Under the pieces are notes generated by a model that did no database searches, was not told the DNA's origin, and was given only the letters and a program-made list of their open reading frames with translations. A stretch of 64,000 nt of DNA from Syntrophales bacterium (lineage in GTDB: Bacteria > Desulfobacterota > Syntrophia > Syntrophales > UBA2210). Both the position numbers and the translations under genes were made by a program. This document shows, one piece after another, positions 29,482 through 39,465 of the stretch; within the stretch, counting starts at the first letter, position 1, and every line of letters begins with the position of its first letter. Location: assembly GCA_963662405.2 (NCBI GenBank), contig CAXXKT010000001.1, positions 992,001 to 1,056,000 on the forward strand, given 5' to 3'.

Positions 29482-30717
29482 ATGCACGTTGTCATATATA
29501 TACTGAAAGAAATAGTCTTTTTTTTCAATGAAATAGCGATCTATCTTCTCTTCGGGTTTATTGTCGCCGGTGTTCTCCATGTCCTGTTTCCCGAATCGAT
29601 CATCCGGCGCCATCTCGGTCATAATTCATTTCTCTCCGTCATGAAGTCGACCCTTTTCGGCATTCCGCTCCCGCTCTGCTCGTGCGGAGTGGTGCCCATG
29701 GCGGCTTCACTGAAGAACAGCGGGGCCTCGAAGGGAGCCACCGTCTCATTTCTCATTGCGACCCCGCAGGTTGGTGCCGACAGTTTTATGATCACCTATT
29801 CCCTGATGGGGTGGGTCTTTGCCCTGTTCCGTATTGTCGCTTCGTTGGTGACGGCCCTGGCAGCGGGTATCGTGGTCAATATCATCGGGAGAAAGGAACG
29901 CGATCAACCGGAAGGTCTGGTGTCATGCGTCAACGGGTCCGACAGCTTTGCCGGGCGCCTGAGGTCGATTGTCGGGTATGTGGAATACGACCTGCTCGGT
30001 TCCATTGCCAATGCGCTTCTCGGAGGCCTGATCATTGCCGGGACCATAACGGCCTTCATTCCTGCCGGTTTCTTTGAGCGGTATCTCGGGAACAATTTTC
30101 TCTCGATGGTCCTGATGCTTGTTGTGGGAATTCCACTGTATGTGTGCGCCGCAGCCTCGACGCCCATCGCCGCATCCCTGGTCATGAAAGGCATTTCACC
30201 GGGGGCGGCCCTTGTTTTTCTCCTCACCGGTCCCGCGACCAATGCCATCACGATCACAACCGTCCTGAAGGTGTTGGGCAAAAAATCCACGGTCGTGTAC
30301 CTCGCGGCCATCGCCATCGTTAGTCTGGCCCTGGGCTACCTTCTGAATATCCTGACGGATTATTTCGGTTTTCAGAATATCATGATGCTTCATGATCATG
30401 GAGTGCTCCCGCCGTGGCTGAAGATCGGCGGGTCGGTCATACTGGCCCTCATGATCGGGTGGTATTATCTGAAGGTAAAGGTCTTGGACAAATCACGAAA
30501 GGAAGAGGCAATGGACAGTCAAAAAATAAGCCTGCCAGTTCGGGGTATGACCTGTATGCATTGTGCGGGAACGGTGAAAAAGGCGGTAGAATCGGTAGCC
30601 GGAACATCAAATGTCACGGTTCTCTTGGATGAAAACAGGGTGTCATTTGCACTAGAGACTGCCGACGACATTGAAAAAGTGAAACAGGCAATTGAACGTG
30701 CCGGTTATGATGTCTGA
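29482..30717 (+). CDS. DUF318/ArsP-like permease (SO_0444 type) with C-terminal HMA domain
   Basis: GIPLPLCSCGVVP, SFLIATPQ, PLYVCAAAS, LVFLLTGPATN; C-terminal GMTCMHC. Confidence 0.88.
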   Translation: MHVVIYILKEIVFFFNEIAIYLLFGFIVAGVLHVLFPESIIRRHLGHNSFLSVMKSTLFGIPLPLCSCGVVPMAASLKNSGASKGATVSFLIATPQVGADSFMITYSLMGWVFALFRIVASLVTALAAGIVVNIIGRKERDQPEGLVSCVNGSDSFAGRLRSIVGYVEYDLLGSIANALLGGLIIAGTITAFIPAGFFERYLGNNFLSMVLMLVVGIPLYVCAAASTPIAASLVMKGISPGAALVFLLTGPATNAITITTVLKVLGKKSTVVYLAAIAIVSLALGYLLNILTDYFGFQNIMMLHDHGVLPPWLKIGGSVILALMIGWYYLKVKVLDKSRKEEAMDSQKISLPVRGMTCMHCAGTVKKAVESVAGTSNVTVLLDENRVSFALETADDIEKVKQAIERAGYDV

Positions 30718-30798
30718 AGAATAAGCGATTGAACGTAAAAGCGTTTCGATTGCTTTTCCCTCCCGAACCCTGTCGGGCCGAGCCCATTTGTGGGGTTG

Positions 30799-30945
30799 TC
30801 ATATATAGGGGAGGAAAAAGAGGCTGATGATCGCGACCACAAGGATAATGACGCTGGCGAAGAATACCTCCAGATACGCGTCGCCCTGTGAAGAATATTC
30901 ATCCCAGTCGGTATCTTCAATATAGTGTTTGAATTTGAATAACAT
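30799..30945 (-). CDS. 48-aa single-pass small membrane protein
   Basis: Below the ORF cutoff; GGAG RBS; MLFKFKHYIEDTDWDEYSSQGDAYLEVFFASVIILVVAIISLFFLPYI. Confidence 0.6.
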   Translation of the reverse strand: MLFKFKHYIEDTDWDEYSSQGDAYLEVFFASVIILVVAIISLFFLPYI

Positions 30946-31257
30946 ATTTTTCTCCAATCACAAAAACTCATCCGAATACCTCCGGGCGCGTGGAATAAAA
31001 CGCTCCGGTACCCTTTGTATCGGTAGAACCGAGGACAAACTTCAATGAGTGTCCCATTCTTCACTGCTGCGGTTGAGCAATAACGGCGCCGGTCGGTTCC
31101 TGGTATGGTGGTGTATGGGGTTTCCGCGTTTTGGCATCGCCGCGATGAAGGAAGCGGCGCGTCAATATGTCGAGGTGCGTCACAATGACATGCCAACGCA
31201 GGCACTTCAAAAATCCGGTTGATATGCATCCTGGCTGACGGGTACAGACCCCCATGA

Positions 31258-31668
31258 ACCAAGAGCAAGGGGGGTGGGGAAATACTCAATATTGCCTCCA
31301 TCGGCGGGGGCATGCCCCTCGATTTCCTCGCCTGCTATGATGTCAGCAAGGCAGGAGTAATAGCACTGACCCAGGCAATAGCGATGTACATGGCCCGCTC
31401 CAACGTCAATGTCAATTCCCTCTGCCCCGGTATCATCAAGACCGAAATGGGGGTGAACAGGGTACACCTGCTCAGTGCTTCCCATCTTGTCTTTCGCGGG
31501 ATGGATTCCGAGGAGGTTTCCAATACCCCGGGAAGAAATTCTCTACGCAAGCGGCCGCCCCAGACGGCCGAAGGGAGTGGAAACGACGTCGTTTTTCTCG
31601 CTTCCGATGGGGGTAAAGAGATCATGGGTCAGGGGATCAACGGCTGCGGGGGGATGTATCTCAGCTGA
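31258..31668 (+). pseudogene. SDR oxidoreductase C-terminal remnant
   Basis: GEILNIASIGG, YDVSK (YxxxK), NVNSLCPGIIKT, FLASD..GQGIN; in-frame TGA at 31255 and no Rossmann N-terminus. Confidence 0.75.
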
Positions 31669-32018
31669 CGGGGCATGCTTTTTTCAATACGGTCATCACA
31701 GGTGACACCCGCACGGGTCAAGTCTCCGCTTGGCCCCTCTTCTTATGTGATAAGAGTCGATCCTGTCTGTATGGGAGGAAACGTAATCATGAGTAACACA
31801 CCGAATTCGGACCTTCTCCTTTCACCACGATCCAGAGTCGTTGTCCTGCGCTCCGGGGCAGAAACTGAGCAACAGGCAATGATAACGGGACATCCGATTA
31901 CCGAAACCATTCCCAGCGCCCGACCGGCATATGCCCGTGAATGGTACTCCCCGCAGAGTGCATAGCGTGATGTGAATCCTTTCAGAAAAAAACCGTCCGA
32001 CCGCGATCAAGCCCCCTT

Positions 32019-33446
32019 TTATTGCTTCGCCTCCAGCAGCACCTCTTTCTTTTGCAGATACCGATACTGCTGAAAGGAAACCTCCAGGGCCCGCACGGCA
32101 TCTTTGGCCGCGCCGAAGAGTGGCAGCCCCTTTTCCAGCTCCGCGACACGCAGTCTTTCCAGGGCGCTGAACGTGTACAGCGCGGCGGGCTTTTTGTGTC
32201 TCCGGCAGAGATGCGTCAGGGTCTCCATCACGTCGATAACGTAATCGCGCCAGAGATTCACCATGTTCAACACGCCGTCGACCTCATCCGCCTCGAGAAG
32301 AATCTTGTAGATCTCCAGATAGATGTCGGGCGGGGCGGGTCCGATGTCGACGGGATTGCCGGTATTGAAGACACCCGGCAGTCTTTTCAGTTTCGCCTTC
32401 GTCTCCGCGGAAAAGGGCGCCATGATCAGATCCGTTTCCTCCAGCATGTCGGCCCCGATGGTGCCGACCCCGCCGGAATTGGTAAAGACGGCGATGCGAT
32501 TTCCGGACAGGAGGGGCATTTCCGTGAAGATCTTCGGTAGGACGCACAGCTCTTCCGGCGAATGGAGTCGGATCATACCCGCCTGGCGGCAGGTGTCGTC
32601 GAAGACTGCGTCGTTTTGAGCCATCCCCGCCGTGTGCGACAGGATAGCCCTGCTCCCGGCTTCGCTTCTGCCCGACTTGAAGACCAGCACCGGTTTGCGC
32701 GTCCGCCGGACGGACTGCATCAGCTTTCGTCCGTCTTCCACGCCTTCGAGGTAGAGGGCGATGACCTTTGTCCGATCCGTACTGAAATAATCGATGAAAT
32801 CGGCCTCGTCCAGATCCGCTTTGTTGCCCAGCGAAACCAGCTTATTGATGCCCGAGATGTCTTCCATCAGGCGCTCCGCGATCAGTGCGGCGACGCCGCC
32901 GCTTTGGACGACGTACGAGACGAAGCCGGGATGCCGGATGACCAGAGGCGCAAGATGGTTTGCTCCGTATAAGGTGCTGAATCTGCTGTAGGTATCCAGA
33001 ACCCCAAGACAATTCGGGCCGAGAATGCGTATCCGGTGCAGGCGCATGGCTTCGTCGATTTCCCTTTGGAGCCGTCTCCCCTCGTCGCCCTGTTCGGCAA
33101 AGCCCGAGCTTTCGATGATGACGTTTCGAATCCCGGCCTCGCCGCACTGCCGGACAAAACCCGGAACCACAAAGGCGGGGGTAATGATCACCGCCACATC
33201 GATGGGCTCGCCGATATCTTCGAGCGTTCGGAACCCCCTGGCGCCGCATACATCCTCACCGGCGCGGTTGACGGCATACACCCGGCCGGGATAGCCGATA
33301 TCCTCGGTGAGGACTTTACAGATGGTCGCGCCCAGATTAAACGCCGCGTTGGACGCCCCGATGACTACCACGGAAGACGGATTGAAAAATGTATCCATAT
33401 CGGTGGTAACAAACTGCTTCGCCGCAACAGCATCGGACATACCCAT
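32019..33446 (-). CDS. ADP-forming acyl-CoA synthetase alpha-like subunit (CoA-binding)
   Basis: FFNPSSVVVIGAS, SSGFAE, LGPNCLG, QSGG, SLGNKADL, SHT (catalytic His), TNSGG, NPVD; no ATP-grasp domain. Confidence 0.88.
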   Translation of the reverse strand: MGMSDAVAAKQFVTTDMDTFFNPSSVVVIGASNAAFNLGATICKVLTEDIGYPGRVYAVNRAGEDVCGARGFRTLEDIGEPIDVAVIITPAFVVPGFVRQCGEAGIRNVIIESSGFAEQGDEGRRLQREIDEAMRLHRIRILGPNCLGVLDTYSRFSTLYGANHLAPLVIRHPGFVSYVVQSGGVAALIAERLMEDISGINKLVSLGNKADLDEADFIDYFSTDRTKVIALYLEGVEDGRKLMQSVRRTRKPVLVFKSGRSEAGSRAILSHTAGMAQNDAVFDDTCRQAGMIRLHSPEELCVLPKIFTEMPLLSGNRIAVFTNSGGVGTIGADMLEETDLIMAPFSAETKAKLKRLPGVFNTGNPVDIGPAPPDIYLEIYKILLEADEVDGVLNMVNLWRDYVIDVMETLTHLCRRHKKPAALYTFSALERLRVAELEKGLPLFGAAKDAVRALEVSFQQYRYLQKKEVLLEAKQ

Positions 33447-33501
33447 GGAATGACCTCCCGCCCCTTTCTCAGCCCGGATCCAGCCTGTTCCATACCGCCT
33501 T

Positions 33502-33544
33502 ATGAGAACGTTGTTTACATAAATAAACGGTGTTTATAAGTCAA
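33502..33544 (-). promoter_or_regulatory. Promoter with tandem palindromic operators (probable TetR sites)
   Basis: TTGACT-17 bp-TATGTA; ATAAAC-GGT-GTTTAT 33523-33537 and ATGAGAAC-GTT-GTTTACAT 33502-33520. Confidence 0.6.
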
Positions 33545-33579
33545 GTCATTTCTATCCCCCTGTAATGAGGCACAGGATA

Positions 33580-34185
33580 TTAAGAATGTATAAAGAGGTG
33601 CGCCAGATGGTGAGCGATTTTATGCCGGTGCTGCAGGACCTGCTCGGTGTTTTTCGCCGGATGGTTTCTGAACGTGGCCACAATGCCGGTCAACGCCGCA
33701 AACAGTGTGTGGGAGTGGTCGCGGATGTTGCCTTCCGCGTTCATTTTTTGGAAGATGATATCCAGGTGATCGAGAATCCTTCGTTCGATTACGGTGAGCT
33801 TTGCAAAAAGTCCGGGGTCCACGGCGGCGCTGAGGAAAAAATTCATCATCATCCTGAAATACTGGTCGTGATGGGTAAAGTAATCGACAAAGAGGGAAAC
33901 CGTATCTTCCAGGGCCCCGTCGGGTGACTCGTTGATGGTGGTGAATATCTTTTCAAAAATCTCGTGGGTCCCCTTCTCAAAGGTCTCGACGAACAGCGTC
34001 TGCTGATCCGGGAAATGCTGATAGATGATGGCGGGGGAGATCCCGGCGCGTCGGGCGATAGCTCTCATGGAGACGGTATCAAACGGTTTTTCCGCGAACT
34101 CCTTCTCCGCGGCATCGATAATAATATCGCGGCGGACCTTTCTCTCTTTCTCTTTCAGTTCGGACAAAACACCTCTGGTTTTCAT
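33580..34185 (-). CDS. TetR/AcrR family regulator
   Basis: IIDAAEKEFA, SMRAIARRAGISPAIIYQHF. Confidence 0.93.
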   Translation of the reverse strand: MKTRGVLSELKEKERKVRRDIIIDAAEKEFAEKPFDTVSMRAIARRAGISPAIIYQHFPDQQTLFVETFEKGTHEIFEKIFTTINESPDGALEDTVSLFVDYFTHHDQYFRMMMNFFLSAAVDPGLFAKLTVIERRILDHLDIIFQKMNAEGNIRDHSHTLFAALTGIVATFRNHPAKNTEQVLQHRHKIAHHLAHLFIHS

Positions 34186-34238
34186 GAGAACGCCTCAGTC
34201 CTTGTCTTGGTTTGTGTGAATGATTTCTCAGTCTTTGG

Positions 34239-34267
34239 AAGGTAGCATTGAAAAAAGGGAGTGTCAA
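34239..34267 (-). promoter_or_regulatory. sigma70 promoter for tetR
   Basis: TTGACA-17 bp-TACCTT with extended TG. Confidence 0.55.
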
Positions 34268-34535
34268 ATGCATAGATGTATAATTCGTGGGACACAAGCA
34301 CGCTGCTGCCTCAGACACGTTTATCGGGTTTTGTGAGGGAACGGGGGAGAGTGTGCGAAGAACGGCGAAACAGTTAAGTTGAAGCCAACACTCTCATTGC
34401 TCTTTGCCTGTTCTAACCTGATACTGCGGGATTGTTTGGTCGGGTTTAGGCAGTTCCCTTTCAACAATCCTGCAGTTTTCCCTCATTCCGGGGATCGAAT
34501 GCCATATGGCTGAGCGATGACATTATGGATCAAAT

Positions 34536-35513
34536 CACTACTGTCCCAACGTTATAATTGAAAAGTGCTATAACAATATGAAAGTAAACATTATTCAGCG
34601 AAAAATGTTATTAATCGATTTGAAATTTTCTCTTCCTGAATGTCAAACTCCTGCATCAATTAAGCAGGAGATGACATATGAACTCAGGAAAAACGATCTT
34701 TTCGCAACTAATGGAATTTTTTCCTCTCCACGAATTTCGCACATGTGTCGCGCGATACAACGGCAATTACAAAATCAAAAGCTTCTCTTGCCGGGACCAA
34801 TTTCTCTGCATGGCCTTTGCCCCGCTTACTTACCGCGAAAGCCTGAGGGATATTCAGGCATGCCTCAGGGGAACGAGACACAAACTCGACCATATGGGCA
34901 TCCGTGGGAACGTCTCCCGCAATACCCTGGCCAATGCCAGCAAGGTCAGAGACTGGCGCATCTACTGCGACTTCGCCCAGGTGCTCATCGGAAAGGCCAG
35001 GAGACTGTACTCCCACACCATCGACAAATCAACAGGGATTCAATGCGACTAAACCATTGTGCCCCAGAACTTCTATGCTCAAAAGAACTATCCGGAAAAA
35101 CTACGGAGAATCAGGTATCTCGATGTGAATACCAACAAAAGACTGGTCTTTCTCATCAACAATTTTACGCTTCCGGCAAAAACTATCGCAGAGCATCTAC
35201 CGATGCCGGTGGCACGTAGAACTCTTCTTCAAATGGATCAAACAACATCTGAGAATCAAGTCCTTTTACGGTACCTCGGAGAATGCTATAAAAACACAGA
35301 TCTGGATTGCAATTTCCGTATATGTTCTGGTAGCTATTATCAAGAAGGATTTGAAACTGGACCACAGTTTCTACACAATTTTACAGGTTTTGAGCGTCAC
35401 GCTTTTTGAAAAAGGACCAATTTTACAAGTCCGTACGAATAACGATTACATAAACCCAACCCCTGCCTCTTCTAACCAGCCGAATCTATGCGGGTAATGT
35501 TGGGACAGTAGTG
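34536..35513 (+). mobile_element. Internally deleted IS4-family element (978 bp)
   Basis: TIRs CACTACTGTCCCAACGTTA (34536-54) and TAATGTTGGGACAGTAGTG (35495-513), 18/19 match; no target duplication seen. Confidence 0.92.
34678..35497 (+). pseudogene. IS4 transposase pseudogene (DUF4372 + DDE remnant)
   Basis: MNSGKTIFSQL..LTYRESLRDI; premature TAA at 35050; YPEKLRRI; frameshift into RWHVELFFKWIKQHLRIKSFYGTSENA. Confidence 0.92.
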
Positions 35514-35636
35514 AAACAGTATGTACAATTGATTTTGAGGTTGATCTCAGATTTTTTGCTTAGAGCCGATTTATCCCAATATTGGTGTCATACATTGTAT
35601 GCGCCCCGGATAAATCCAAATATTACTGATACTCTT

Positions 35637-35674
35637 TGCAGCATGCCCCGCGGCTTACCGCGTGGTATGCTGCA
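35637..35674. repeat. GC-rich REP / IS200-IS605-end-like hairpin
   Basis: TGCAGCATGCCCCGCGG-CTTA-CCGCGTGGTATGCTGCA. Confidence 0.55.
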
Positions 35675-35904
35675 CTCACAGATCAAAGATTTTCCCCAGT
35701 TCGCGTTGTCGTTTCCCGTGACTCACTCCTGGTTCTCCTGTCACCCTGACAATCTGCCGCGATCCACGAATGCTTGCTTCACGATATCCGTTGTGGTAAC
35801 CACCACGCTCCGCCGGGAAAAATCACGATCATCTTTTCCTGAACGACCCCGGTGGGGCTATTTCGCAGGCGTAACACGCGCATACTATGCTATAGTGGTG
35901 TACC

Positions 35905-38187
35905 ATGATACGAAACCTGTTCAGACGAAGACCCGAGGCCGAACCGATGCAATCGGATATGCATGGTTTTGAAGCGATGAAGGAGGATCTCCTGAGGATC
36001 AATACGCAGGTCTTGTCCTGTTTCGAGAAGGCCAGGACCATCCCCGGCCTGTCCAGCTTTCCCTTCGAGGCGTGGGAAAAGGTGGGGCACAACATCGAGG
36101 AACAGGTCCATGAGGATATCCTGCGGGTGGCCGTTGTGGGGGCCATTAAATCGGGGAAAAGCACCTTCGTGAACGCCCTCTTGGGCGGCGATTACCTGAA
36201 GCGCGGTGCCGGCGTGGTGACGTCGATCGTGACGAGGATTCGCAAGAGTCCTCAACTGCGGGCGGTGCTCGATTTCAAGTCCTGGGACGATATCAATGCG
36301 GATATGCAACAGGCCCTGCTCCTCTTCCCCTCTCTGGACTGGCATCCCGCCGACGGAGAGTTTGACATACGCCGCGAGGAGGATCGCCGGGAGCTGGAGG
36401 AGGCCCTGGATTCGCTGAGCGCCGAGAAGCTGGTGGCGAACGAGACCCTTGATGTGAACGGGGTCCTCCTGACCTCCTATCTGAAGGGATATGACCGGGT
36501 CGGAGAGATGATGGCGCGCGGCAAGGGGTTGCAGAAATTCGAGAGGACGAATTTCACCCACCATAAGGATTTTGTCGGCGATGATTCGCTTGCCGTTTAC
36601 CTGAAAGACCTGGAACTGGGGATACCGGCGAGCCAAATCCTCGGCGAGAATATCGAGTTAGCGGACTGCCAGGGAGTCGATTCTCTCAATCCCCTTCACC
36701 TTGCCATGATTCAGGATTATCTCCTGCGCACCCATCTGATCGTCTATATCCTGAGCAGCCGGACCGGGATCCGTCAGGCCGACATGCGGTTTCTCTCCAT
36801 CATCAAGAAGATGGGACTCATGGAGAATATCTTCTTTGTCGTCAACTGTGATTTCAACGAGCACGAAGATGTCGACGACATGCAGGGGGTGGTCGAGAGG
36901 GTCAGGGAGGAACTGTCGGTTGTCAGGCCCCGGCCGAAACTCTTCGCCTTTTCCGCGCTCTTTCATCTCCTCGAAGAGAATTCGGATCAGATATCACCAC
37001 GGGATCGGGGGCGGATGGAGCTGTGGCAGGAGGAAGAGGCTTTCGCGAATTTCTCCCGTGATGAACGGGGGCGGTTCCTGTCGACCTTGTATGACAAGCT
37101 CAGTCATGACCGGTTTACGCTCCTCCTGAAAAACCATGTGGAGCGCGTCGGGATCATCGCGGCGGGGCTCCATGACTGGTCCCGGCTGAACTACGACATC
37201 CTGACAAAAAACACGGAGGAGGCGCACGCCGCGTTAAAGCGCATAGAGACCGCCCGGGAGACACTGAAACAGCAGCAGGAGCTGATAAAGAACACGATCG
37301 ACGGCACGGCGCACAAGACCAAGCGCGAACTGGGGAAGGATGTGGACCGGTTCCTCGATGCCCGTTTCAGCGAACTGGCCAGGGACGTCAACGGCTTCGT
37401 GCGGCGATACCAGGTCGACTATCGGAAGTGCGAGGACGATCTCGAGGAGGTGGGATTCTCGACGACGCTGTACATGATCTTTCAGGAATTCAAACGCGCC
37501 CTCGACCGGTACCTGGCGGAATCGATCAATCCCCGGCTGATACAGTTTATCAGGGATGAGGAGTTCAAGATCGGCGATGTCCTCGCGAAAACGGCCGCTT
37601 CCTATGACTCCCTGGTGCGCGATGTCCTGCACAAGCACGGGGAGACCCTGCGGCACCTCGGTATTTCGTCACAGGATCATGCCGGCGACGCGATATCCCC
37701 ACCCGACCTGGAGAGCCTGAAACGGAAGGAAGGGTTCAATGCCCCCCCCCTTGTCTCCTCGTTTCGTTACACGGCGAAGATCCGGACGGAGGCGATTGTG
37801 CGCCTCGGCGTGTACAACGCCATCAATTTCGTGAAAAAGCTGATGAAGAAGACGGTTCAGGAGGGAGAAATCGTTGCGTTGAAGGACGGGGTCGCGAGGA
37901 TCAGAAAAGAGACGGAAGATTCCATCTCCTTCCACCTGACCAATTATAAGGAGAACCTCAAGTTTCAGTATCTCTACCGCTTGGTCGATACGGTCGCGAG
38001 CGATCTCTATGAAACCCTCAGAGATCGGTTCAATGTCTTTACCACCGATATGTCGGAGATGGTCGGACTGGTGGATACCAATCAGTCGGCCCGGGAAGAG
38101 ACGGTCGCAATCCTGCACGGTCTGGAGGGGGATTCGCAGGAGATCATGGAACGGATCGATCTTCTGAAAGAGCAGGTCGCGGGTTAA
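35905..38187 (+). CDS. Bacterial dynamin-like GTPase
   Basis: LRVAVVGAIKSGKSTFVNALLG (G1), VVTS (G2), DCQG (G3), long helical C-terminus; start uncertain. Confidence 0.85.
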   Translation: MIRNLFRRRPEAEPMQSDMHGFEAMKEDLLRINTQVLSCFEKARTIPGLSSFPFEAWEKVGHNIEEQVHEDILRVAVVGAIKSGKSTFVNALLGGDYLKRGAGVVTSIVTRIRKSPQLRAVLDFKSWDDINADMQQALLLFPSLDWHPADGEFDIRREEDRRELEEALDSLSAEKLVANETLDVNGVLLTSYLKGYDRVGEMMARGKGLQKFERTNFTHHKDFVGDDSLAVYLKDLELGIPASQILGENIELADCQGVDSLNPLHLAMIQDYLLRTHLIVYILSSRTGIRQADMRFLSIIKKMGLMENIFFVVNCDFNEHEDVDDMQGVVERVREELSVVRPRPKLFAFSALFHLLEENSDQISPRDRGRMELWQEEEAFANFSRDERGRFLSTLYDKLSHDRFTLLLKNHVERVGIIAAGLHDWSRLNYDILTKNTEEAHAALKRIETARETLKQQQELIKNTIDGTAHKTKRELGKDVDRFLDARFSELARDVNGFVRRYQVDYRKCEDDLEEVGFSTTLYMIFQEFKRALDRYLAESINPRLIQFIRDEEFKIGDVLAKTAASYDSLVRDVLHKHGETLRHLGISSQDHAGDAISPPDLESLKRKEGFNAPPLVSSFRYTAKIRTEAIVRLGVYNAINFVKKLMKKTVQEGEIVALKDGVARIRKETEDSISFHLTNYKENLKFQYLYRLVDTVASDLYETLRDRFNVFTTDMSEMVGLVDTNQSAREETVAILHGLEGDSQEIMERIDLLKEQVAG

Positions 38188-38206
38188 TAGACGGTTTGTG
38201 AAAGTC

Positions 38207-38244
38207 AGGGGCTGCACCGGAGAACGGATGCAGCCCCTTTTTTT
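38207..38244 (+). terminator. Intrinsic terminator
   Basis: AGGGGCTGCA..TGCAGCCCCT stem followed by a T tract. Confidence 0.85.
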
Positions 38245-38256
38245 GTGTCTCAAACG

Positions 38257-39465
38257 TCATGCCGTCCCGCTCGAGGCGGAAAGGGAGGCCATGACCTTTT
38301 GTACGTACAGATCGGTCTGTGTCGCTGCCCGCTCTTCCAGGGGGACCGGGCAGTCATCCCCGAAGGCCCAGAGGATTTCTTCCAGGGCGTAATGGATCTG
38401 CATGTTCGACTTCCGGACGGGACCTCGGAGCTGCATATAGCATCCGGGGCAGTAACAGTTGAGGTCGCCGATCCCGGTCTTCATCACCTGGATCATCTTC
38501 TTTTTGACCTCTTTGACGCCTTGTCCCAGGTCGTAATTGTTGCGCAGGATGGAGACCATCCCGCAGGACAGGTTATCGAACCGATTATTCTCGAGTTCCA
38601 CGACCTCCATCCCCACCGCCTCATGCAATCCCCTGATCGCGTCCAGGAAGCCGTCTCCCAGCTCGCTGCTGTAACAGGAGTCGGTAAGGGCAACCTTCCG
38701 GTTGATCGGGCGTTCAACCCGGATTTCACCGTTCCGGTACTTATCCCAGAGCCACTCCCACACCGATACGATCTCGAAGGGGAGGGTGACGCCGTGATAG
38801 TTCGGCCAGATATTCCCCAGATAGTTGGCGCAGGAGCCGCAGTAGCAGACCAGGCGCTCGGTGTCGAGCTGTTCGAGCAACCCCTTAGTCCGCTCGACGG
38901 TCTCGCTGAAGGTCTGATAGTCCCCGAACCGGTGCGCCAGTTCGCCGCAACACGCGCTCCGGGGGGCGTATTTCGCAAGGCCCTCGAAGACGCGGGAATG
39001 TTCTATGCCGGAGGGGATCTGCCGTCCCATACAGCCGACAAAGAGGACCTCGGGACTTTTCGGAGGGACGATCTCCCATGTGTCCAGGATTTCCTGCTCC
39101 TCTTTCGTTTCCGCGTTATAGACATCAGAGAATATGCTGGAATCGGTCTTCCCGTTCATCTGGTAGTCGATGTATGGCGGGATGCCCGTGCCCGTCCGGC
39201 GATTCTTTTCCACGGCCCGCTCCATGATGAGGGAGTACGGCTTCAACCCGTGAGGACAGTACTTGTTGCAGCCGAAACAGAAGGTACACTCCGTGAGGAC
39301 CCGTTCGGTCTCTTCTCCTCTGAGGAGCCTTCCCATTTCCGCGCGGGCCTCCTCTTTGTCCATCTGCATCACGGGGCAGACCTGCAGGCACAGGCCGCAT
39401 GTTTCACACACCTTCTCGCTTTTTCCCTCCGGATCGAACGCGTCGATAAAGCTCTTTGCCGTCAT
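38257..39465 (-). CDS. Fe-S oxidoreductase, HdrD/GlpC-like (two 4Fe-4S motifs + CCG domains)
   Basis: CETCGLCLQVCP, CTFCFGCNKYCP, CCGE, CGSC, SCG, CPGC. Confidence 0.85.
   Translation of the reverse strand: MTAKSFIDAFDPEGKSEKVCETCGLCLQVCPVMQMDKEEARAEMGRLLRGEETERVLTECTFCFGCNKYCPHGLKPYSLIMERAVEKNRRTGTGIPPYIDYQMNGKTDSSIFSDVYNAETKEEQEILDTWEIVPPKSPEVLFVGCMGRQIPSGIEHSRVFEGLAKYAPRSACCGELAHRFGDYQTFSETVERTKGLLEQLDTERLVCYCGSCANYLGNIWPNYHGVTLPFEIVSVWEWLWDKYRNGEIRVERPINRKVALTDSCYSSELGDGFLDAIRGLHEAVGMEVVELENNRFDNLSCGMVSILRNNYDLGQGVKEVKKKMIQVMKTGIGDLNCYCPGCYMQLRGPVRKSNMQIHYALEEILWAFGDDCPVPLEERAATQTDLYVQKVMASLSASSGTA

Noticed and set aside
31180..31197. sigma54-like TGGCA motifs here, near 41095 and near 57290
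   Set aside because: The -24/-12 spacing or the TTGC element does not fit.
31789..31965. 58-aa ORF with GGAGG RBS
   Set aside because: No recognisable domain and lies in a decayed region; unsupported without homologs.
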